Shown here: positions 57,666 to 64,000 of the stretch, piece after piece
Numbering within the stretch: position 1 is the stretch's first letter
Layout: every line of letters starts with the position of its first letter
IMG/VR virus record: IMGVR_UViG_3300014205_000008
Coordinates: 32,959 to 96,958 of that record
DNA from: a virus
Lineage: Duplodnaviria > Caudoviricetes
Strand: one strand, 5' to 3'
Length of the DNA stretch: 64,000 nt
The notes under the pieces: model-generated
Databases searched by the model: none
The model's input: only the letters and a program-made list of their open reading frames with translations
Told to the model about the DNA's origin: nothing
Translations under genes and position numbers: made by a program

Positions 57666-58591
57666 ACATAATATTAGTAGGTCCTAATGGCAGACCAAGT
57701 ATCTTAGATATGCTTAATACATATAATTTTAATACTGAAATCAATATTGTTACTTATAAAAGGCTCCGTACAGGAAAAACTGTATGGATTCTTTATAATA
57801 AGATTAATGGTCTTGTTACAGAAAAAAAGTTATTAACCCCTCCTTCGTTTACAGCAGATGATAAAGTTGTAATGTGGGGTACAAGAATTCAGTTAGATTT
57901 TGATAAGGCAACCGTTTACAATGATGTTAATTCATTGAATCATGCTTCTAATAAGAAACTTGCAAGAGAAATTTTTATTAAGAATGATATTGCGGCTCCT
58001 AAATTAATCTCTATTGAAGAATTAACTACCTGTAAATATCCTGTAATTATTAGGAAATCACATCATCATGCCGGCATAGGATTTCATATTGCTAATAACA
58101 GAAATGAAGCTCTCATTATTGTAAAAGCAATGAAAAACGAAGAGTATTATATCTCTGAATTCTATCCAAAAACAGCCGAATATAGAGTACATTGCGCTAG
58201 TGGAAAAGTTTTATTACTAAAACAAAAACCTACTCCTGAAGACAAGACCATGATTGCATGGAATTTTCATCAAAATGAGTTACCTTGGTCTACTATAGAA
58301 CGTAAAGATTACGATGTAGATATGGTCAAACTGGCATTAAACGCTATTAAAGCTGTTGGATTAGATTTTGGGGCTGTTGATATTATGAGTTATCCTACAG
58401 ATAAAACATTATCAATACATGTAGTTGCTGAAATTAATACCGCTCCAAGTTATACTCCTTATTTGATTTCTAAATATGGTGCTTATTTTGACTATATTTT
58501 CTCATCAGATACTAAAGTAGAACATTGGGATTATAATATATTTAAGAAAGGTAAAAGCTTATCTTGGAAAAATAATCAGTTAAAAAAGTAA
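57662..58591 (+). CDS. ATP-grasp ligase (RimK/YheCD-like)
   Basis: ASNKK; YPVIIRK..H.AG; EYRVH; GLDFGAVDI; AEINTAP. Confidence 0.9.
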   Translation: MNIILVGPNGRPSILDMLNTYNFNTEINIVTYKRLRTGKTVWILYNKINGLVTEKKLLTPPSFTADDKVVMWGTRIQLDFDKATVYNDVNSLNHASNKKLAREIFIKNDIAAPKLISIEELTTCKYPVIIRKSHHHAGIGFHIANNRNEALIIVKAMKNEEYYISEFYPKTAEYRVHCASGKVLLLKQKPTPEDKTMIAWNFHQNELPWSTIERKDYDVDMVKLALNAIKAVGLDFGAVDIMSYPTDKTLSIHVVAEINTAPSYTPYLISKYGAYFDYIFSSDTKVEHWDYNIFKKGKSLSWKNNQLKK

Positions 58592-58592
58592 C

Positions 58593-58949
58593 ATGAAAGA
58601 AGAATTAGTAAATTTTGATATAGCAGTATTAGCTAAAGAAAAGGGATTTAATGCAACTATTGATACTGCTTATTCTAATGAAGGACATGGTCCATATCAT
58701 GATAGTATTTGTTTTAATAAAGAAGCTTATACTTTAGCTCCTACTCAATCATTACTTCAAAAATGGTTAAGAGAAGTACATAATATTGATATAATAATTG
58801 AGCCTAATCAAGACAGTAATGGTAATAAATATTATTGCTGGAGAGGTAGACAAAACATGTTTTCTTCTACAATTGGTAACGTTGCTAATTATTATGAAGA
58901 AGCTCTTGAACAAGGTTTACAAGAAGGACTTAAATTAATAAAGAAATGA
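58593..58949 (+). CDS. Conserved Bacteroidota-phage hypothetical protein
   Basis: A.LAKEKGF...APTQSLLQKWLREVHNI...YEEALE.GL. Confidence 0.7.
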   Translation: MKEELVNFDIAVLAKEKGFNATIDTAYSNEGHGPYHDSICFNKEAYTLAPTQSLLQKWLREVHNIDIIIEPNQDSNGNKYYCWRGRQNMFSSTIGNVANYYEEALEQGLQEGLKLIKK

Positions 58950-59458
58950 AACTAACGTTTTATGTAACCTGTCTTAATCCTACATTAACATTGACTAAAG
59001 GCAAGAATTATCAGATCTTTGAAGAAAAAGATAGATATGTCCAAATTGTTAATGATAATGATAATAAGATTTGGTTATTAAAAAATAGATTTTCTGCTAT
59101 ATTTACAATTGAAGAAAAGAATATGAAGAAAAGAGTTATTTGTACTAATAAAGGAAACTTTAAAAGAATTGAAATTGGAAAAGAATATTTAGTTGAAAAA
59201 GAAACTAAAGATTTTTTTTATATCAGAAATGAAAAGAACGATATATTACTTAAGTATAATAAAAAATATTTTAAGGAGATTATCGAAATTCCAGAACCAG
59301 TTTCTGTTAAAATAATTTGTATTTACCCAGTACAAGGAGAATTATCTTTTAAAAAGGAATACGAATTTACTGATTCAGAAATAAAAGATCATATAATGAT
59401 TTTAAAGAATGATCAAGGAGAAAAAAAGAGTTATTTAACGAAACGTTTTAAATTTTAA
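58946..59458 (+). CDS. Protein of three tandem SH3-like (DUF6501-like) repeats
   Basis: 3x V.C......L..GK.Y....E.......ND.......K..F. Confidence 0.65.
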   Translation: MKLTFYVTCLNPTLTLTKGKNYQIFEEKDRYVQIVNDNDNKIWLLKNRFSAIFTIEEKNMKKRVICTNKGNFKRIEIGKEYLVEKETKDFFYIRNEKNDILLKYNKKYFKEIIEIPEPVSVKIICIYPVQGELSFKKEYEFTDSEIKDHIMILKNDQGEKKSYLTKRFKF

Positions 59459-59470
59459 AAATAAAAAACT

Positions 59471-59815
59471 ATGATCAATATTTTAGTATATGGAACATTG
59501 AGAAAAGGGGGAACCTTACATCATATAATGGAACATATTGGAGCAAAACTAATAAAAGTTAAAACTATTTTAGGTTTTGAAATGTATAATATGGGCTGGT
59601 ATCCAGCAGTCATTAAAAAAGAAAACTCTATTATAGAGGTAGAAGAATATCAAATAAAAAATGATGATCTAAAAATACTTGATAGAGTTGAAGGGTATCC
59701 TAATCTTTATCAACGTTGTAATGTAGATAATGATCATACTCTTATTTATTATTTTGAAGATTCAAGTAAAGTTGAAGAGAGAGAATTAATTGTAAATGGA
59801 AAATGGAAAATTTAA
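59471..59815 (+). CDS. Gamma-glutamylcyclotransferase (GGACT/YtfP-like)
   Basis: VYGTLRKG; MG.YPAV; LDRVEGYP.LYQR. Confidence 0.92.
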   Translation: MINILVYGTLRKGGTLHHIMEHIGAKLIKVKTILGFEMYNMGWYPAVIKKENSIIEVEEYQIKNDDLKILDRVEGYPNLYQRCNVDNDHTLIYYFEDSSKVEERELIVNGKWKI

Positions 59816-59818
59816 ATT

Positions 59819-61417
59819 ATGGAAGAACTAATATTAAATATTTTCTCAATATTTGTAATTGTAAACGTTTTTTTATTACCTTTGCAAAAAAAATCAAACT
59901 TACTGTTTTGCGGTATGGTTGGTTTTTCTGGGGTTGAAAACTTTGATTCAGATAAGATCAAAATTTTACTCCTTGCTAATATGACTAGAGGAATTCATTC
60001 TACTGGTATGTATAATAATGGCAAAATAATAAAAGAAACTGGAGATGCCATAGATTTCTTACATTTACATAAACTTGTACCCGAAACTATGTTTTTTGGT
60101 CATGATAGGTTTGCAACTATTGGTGCTAAAGATGCTGATAACGCTCATCCTTTTGAATTTGGTGATATTGTTGGACAACATAATGGTACTTTAAAGAATC
60201 ATTGGGCTCTTTTAAGAGAACATGATTTAGAATATAAAGATTATGATGTTGATTCTCAGGTTCTCATTTCTCTTATTGATAAAGATCAAAAGAACTTAAG
60301 TGTATTACAAGAATTTGAAGGTGCTGCCGCTTTAATCTGGCATAATAAAAACTTTCCTAATAGGATTTATTGTTTTAGAAATATTGAAAGACCATTGTTT
60401 AGAGGTAAAATTAATAAAAATATGTATATTTCTTCAATTGAAGAAAGTCTTGATATTATAGGGTGTACAGATATTCAATCATTTAAAGAGAATTATGTAT
60501 ATGCTATTGAATCAGGAGAAATTTTATTAAAAGAATCTAAGCAAATCATTAAGAAAGTTTTAAAACCCGTTTCTTCATACAAAAAAAAAGAAGAAAGCAT
60601 CACTCAACTTTCGGCTTCTTTCTATTCGGAAAAAACTGGTTCTCTTGATAAAACCTGTAAATGGATTCAAAGAAAATTTAATACGGCTGGTAACAGTCCT
60701 CATAAATTTATAATTGATGAATGGTATTTTATTAAGAAAATAATTTCAAATCAATATTGTGTAATAATTGACGAGGAAGAAAAAGAATGTACAATGGAAA
60801 CGTATGCCTTTACAGTTATTGAAGATTTAAATGTAAATGGACTTGTAAAAGTCGCTGTAAGTGATGGAACGTTTTTTGAAAAAGGCGAAACTGTATATTT
60901 AAGAGGATTAGAATTTTCTAAAGAAAGTAACAATCAAACTATCGCAGTAATAGAAAAGTTAACAGAAGAGAAGAGCGTTTACACTTGGCCTTCTAAATAT
61001 TTAAGAAATATGACTGAATCAGAAAAAGTACAATATGTGAAATCTAATAAAAAACTTAATATTCAAGAAGAGGTCGATGATGAAATGACTACTCAAGAAG
61101 CTTTGGCTTGGCGATTTGAAAATGAAGACTCAAATAAAGATGAAAATGGTAATAGATTAGGCGGATTAATGATTAATGTTGGATCTGTTTATGAATCTTT
61201 TATACAAATTCGTCAGGAACTTGATGATATTAGAATTCAACTTGTTAACTTTAAGAAAACAACCAGCAATTTTCATAATTTAAAAAACATAGAAATTGAT
61301 CTTGAAAAAGTTTTTGACTTAGCTGAAAATGAAGTAGAAAATTTATTTGATAGATTATATGAAATGTATAACGATACAATTGAAGAGGCTGATTTTGAAG
61401 AAATAATAGATAAATAA
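59819..61417 (+). CDS. Class II (Ntn) glutamine amidotransferase with 30-aa N-terminal extension
   Basis: CGMVG at residue 31; RGIHSTG; GHDRFAT; NAHPF; HNGTL; VDSQ; RN.ERPL. Confidence 0.88.
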   Translation: MEELILNIFSIFVIVNVFLLPLQKKSNLLFCGMVGFSGVENFDSDKIKILLLANMTRGIHSTGMYNNGKIIKETGDAIDFLHLHKLVPETMFFGHDRFATIGAKDADNAHPFEFGDIVGQHNGTLKNHWALLREHDLEYKDYDVDSQVLISLIDKDQKNLSVLQEFEGAAALIWHNKNFPNRIYCFRNIERPLFRGKINKNMYISSIEESLDIIGCTDIQSFKENYVYAIESGEILLKESKQIIKKVLKPVSSYKKKEESITQLSASFYSEKTGSLDKTCKWIQRKFNTAGNSPHKFIIDEWYFIKKIISNQYCVIIDEEEKECTMETYAFTVIEDLNVNGLVKVAVSDGTFFEKGETVYLRGLEFSKESNNQTIAVIEKLTEEKSVYTWPSKYLRNMTESEKVQYVKSNKKLNIQEEVDDEMTTQEALAWRFENEDSNKDENGNRLGGLMINVGSVYESFIQIRQELDDIRIQLVNFKKTTSNFHNLKNIEIDLEKVFDLAENEVENLFDRLYEMYNDTIEEADFEEIIDK

Positions 61418-61419
61418 TT

Positions 61420-62955
61420 ATGCCAGAACTTAATATTAATCCGGGTGGATGGGCTCCTTTTGATATAGGAGATCAACCTGAGCCAGTAAAAGTTAAAACA
61501 CGAAGGAAAAGTAGTAAAGACACACAAATAGATCCTGATTTAGTTTATTTCGATATTTATACAAATAAGGTTATACCTTCAGAATATGTATTTCGTATGA
61601 GAGAAGGAGTTTGTGATAAAAGAACACTTGTTTTAACTCCATATAATGTATTTATAAGTATTTTTTCTTCAAATACAGTAAGAAGTTCTGTAGAAAACGG
61701 ATTTGTTGATATTCGTGAATGCGAAAAAATTATAATTGGATTTAATGATAACACAAAGAGTTATATTTTTGATTATTATTTTAAGCAAAGTATACGTTTC
61801 CCTAGAGCTAAAATCTCTGGGGGAACTTATTATGTTTTAAACCCAGAAATTGCTATTAAAATAGGATTATTAGAAAGTATTTATGATGGAATTTTTTATC
61901 AAAAAGGTTTCTGGAATCCATCTACTGAACCTATTAAATATCACGATTTTGAGTATCCAAATATTACATCTTCTACAAAAGACTTAATCAAATATGGAAT
62001 TAAATCACCTACTAATGTTATAACTGAAAATAAGAATTACTCTTTTGGAGTTGAAATTGAAACTGCGGCAGGATATATTCCTTCTTATGTTGCGGCTAAC
62101 TTAAACATGAAAAGTGTTTATGATGGGTCTATTCGTGATAATCAGGGGAATAAACATGTTGGAGGTGAATATGTAACAGGTGTTTTATTTGGAGATAATG
62201 GTTTACGGCATCTCAATAAGATAGTTACAGAGTTATCACAAAGATGTTCTATTAACAACACTTGTTCTGTTCATGTTCATGTTGGAAATTTATCTTTTAA
62301 TAAAGAAACTATAGTTTTGTTATGGAAAACATGCCAAGCAGTTGAATCTGAATTGTTTGCCATGTTACCTACTTCAAGATCAACAAGCCTTTATTGTAAT
62401 AAAATGAAGCAACTTCCAATTAAGTTCAATAAAAAAGGATATAGTTATGATGTTTTAATTGATGAATATTACAAAAAGATATTCAAGATCATTTCACTTG
62501 GGAAAGAACCATGTAAAACTATTAATAAAGAATTTAATCATCCAGCAGGTCATAGTTGTGGATATGATACATCTACTCCTAGATATTGGTGGATTAATTT
62601 TATTCCTGCAATGTTTAATTTAAAAGGAAAAGGGAATTATACCATTGAGTTTAGACCACATTCTGCTACATTAAACTTTATAAAGATTAAAAATTGGATT
62701 CTTATAGTTTTAGGAATAGTTAGTTTTGTTGAAAATCATCAAAAATTTATTATTAATAATGATAAAATTACTCTTCGTGATATTATAAAATTAACATATC
62801 CAAATAAACATGAATATTTAATGGAATACATCAATAAACGAACAGAATTTTTTTCAGTTAGAGGTAATAATTCTTTAAGTGAAAAAAGCGAATACGAGCC
62901 AATTTCTAATCAAAATTCTTCTATTACAACATTAAAAGAAACATTATGGGGGTAA
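61420..62955 (+). CDS. Putative amidoligase (Amidoligase_2 / COOH-NH2 ligase)
   Basis: FGVEIET; DGSI; EYVT; CSVHVHVG; RYWWINF; TIEFR.HSATLNFIKIKNWI. Confidence 0.88.
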   Translation: MPELNINPGGWAPFDIGDQPEPVKVKTRRKSSKDTQIDPDLVYFDIYTNKVIPSEYVFRMREGVCDKRTLVLTPYNVFISIFSSNTVRSSVENGFVDIRECEKIIIGFNDNTKSYIFDYYFKQSIRFPRAKISGGTYYVLNPEIAIKIGLLESIYDGIFYQKGFWNPSTEPIKYHDFEYPNITSSTKDLIKYGIKSPTNVITENKNYSFGVEIETAAGYIPSYVAANLNMKSVYDGSIRDNQGNKHVGGEYVTGVLFGDNGLRHLNKIVTELSQRCSINNTCSVHVHVGNLSFNKETIVLLWKTCQAVESELFAMLPTSRSTSLYCNKMKQLPIKFNKKGYSYDVLIDEYYKKIFKIISLGKEPCKTINKEFNHPAGHSCGYDTSTPRYWWINFIPAMFNLKGKGNYTIEFRPHSATLNFIKIKNWILIVLGIVSFVENHQKFIINNDKITLRDIIKLTYPNKHEYLMEYINKRTEFFSVRGNNSLSEKSEYEPISNQNSSITTLKETLWG

Positions 62956-63854
62956 TAATAATTAAAAACAAATATATTTCTTCAGAAGATTTTAAAGCAC
63001 GAATAATTAAGTTAAAAAATAATTTTTATGCACAGAAAAAGACTGAATTTTCTTTAACTATATGTAAAAATTTTAATGGAAATATTGAACTTAATGATAT
63101 TTGTAATGTTAAAGAAGTAAGTGATCATTTAGCTACAGCAGAAATATATGATGTTGATTATGCAATTTGTTATTTAGGTTACTCTTTAGTAGAAAAAAGT
63201 TCGTTTAATATGTTTATGCCTTTGAGGTTTACTGAAAAATCTGGATATTTTGTCTATGATAAAGAAGGAGATATTTTTATTTATTTAGAAGGTTTAGCTC
63301 AGGAAACTTCAGTTTCTTTAGAAAAGAAAAGAGTTGAGACAATTAAATTTATTATAGATAATATTTTAAATCATAAAAACTATGAAAGTTATAAGTTAAA
63401 TGGATTTAAAGGATTGTTTATTAAAACAGCTTTATTTTCTTGTTTAAAGATTGTAATAGGTAATTCTAAAGATGTATATATAAGTGATGTTAATAACTTT
63501 TACAAAGATGAGAATATTTTATTTTCATCAAAAACAATAGTTAAATATATTGCTAATAAAGTAAATCCAGAATCAGTTTTTAAAAAAGAAATTGCAGAAG
63601 AACGAAAATTCTCACCCACGTTAACCGATTCTGAAGAAAAGAAAGTTAATTTTCTTTTAATAAAGAATAAAATTTATTTTATAAAAAAAGGAGGATATAG
63701 TAATGAACAATACGTAATTAAAAATATCTTTGGTGATTATTTTGTCACTTTAGAATCAAGAAAAACAAAAATCACTAGTAACACTACCCAATATGAGCTT
63801 GTAAATCATTATAATGTGTTTTGGATAAATGAACTATATGGAAAATCAATATGA
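62946..63854 (+). CDS. Probable catalytically dead class II GATase paralog
   Basis: Starts MGVIIIK (compare MCVIIxK); degenerate equivalents of HxR...HPF and HNG. Confidence 0.45.
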   Translation: MGVIIIKNKYISSEDFKARIIKLKNNFYAQKKTEFSLTICKNFNGNIELNDICNVKEVSDHLATAEIYDVDYAICYLGYSLVEKSSFNMFMPLRFTEKSGYFVYDKEGDIFIYLEGLAQETSVSLEKKRVETIKFIIDNILNHKNYESYKLNGFKGLFIKTALFSCLKIVIGNSKDVYISDVNNFYKDENILFSSKTIVKYIANKVNPESVFKKEIAEERKFSPTLTDSEEKKVNFLLIKNKIYFIKKGGYSNEQYVIKNIFGDYFVTLESRKTKITSNTTQYELVNHYNVFWINELYGKSI

Positions 63855-64000
63855 AAAAGTTACAGTTATTAAACGTGAAGATGTTATTGATTGTCTTGAT
63901 TTAATTAGCGAATATTACTCACTTGATGTATTTGGATCGTCAACAGATTATTTACAAGATCTATTACATCATGAATTTTCGATTATAGTCCCTATTTTAG
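63838..64000 (+). CDS. Hypothetical protein, partial
   Basis: MENQYEKVTVIKREDVIDCLD... open to the window edge. Confidence 0.5.
   Translation, partial: MENQYEKVTVIKREDVIDCLDLISEYYSLDVFGSSTDYLQDLLHHEFSIIVPIL

Noticed and set aside
1-64000. Stop-codon reassignment (TAG or TGA), known in some crAss-like phages
   Set aside because: Long genes are intact in the standard code, several genes end in TAG, and no suppressor tRNA was seen; the one internal TAG is in a frameshifted pseudogene

Overview
About 64 kb of an AT-rich, standard-genetic-code crAss-like (Crassvirales-type podovirus) phage genome, probably infecting a Bacteroidota host. Positions 1-45.9 kb (minus strand) are the late/virion arm. 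It carries terminase, portal, major capsid, ring/muzzle proteins, several fibre proteins, an M15 endolysin, a GH16 enzyme, internal cargo proteins, a homing endonuclease after the MCP gene and a tRNA-Met(CAT). It is driven by a repeated TTGAC-N18-TA(T/C)NTTTG Bacteroidota-type promoter. After a strand switch at ~45.9-46.0 kb, the plus strand carries small putative early genes interleaved with long ORF-free stretches (47.1-52.4 kb). These stretches are packed with self-contained structured RNAs, including four tRNA-shaped elements that keep the acceptor stem and T-arm but lack a normal anticodon arm; a canonical tRNA-Glu(TTC) follows at 53.5 kb. From 55.5 kb there is a phiEco32-type peptide/amide-ligase cassette (class I GATase, COOH-NH2 ligase, ATP-grasp, GGCT, class II GATase, amidoligase, probable dead GATase). 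The strongest candidate for an undescribed system is the array of anticodon-less tRNA mimics and adjacent structured RNAs; the ligase cassette, whose product is unknown, comes second. All family calls come from motif recognition by eye; no searches or folding programs were run.
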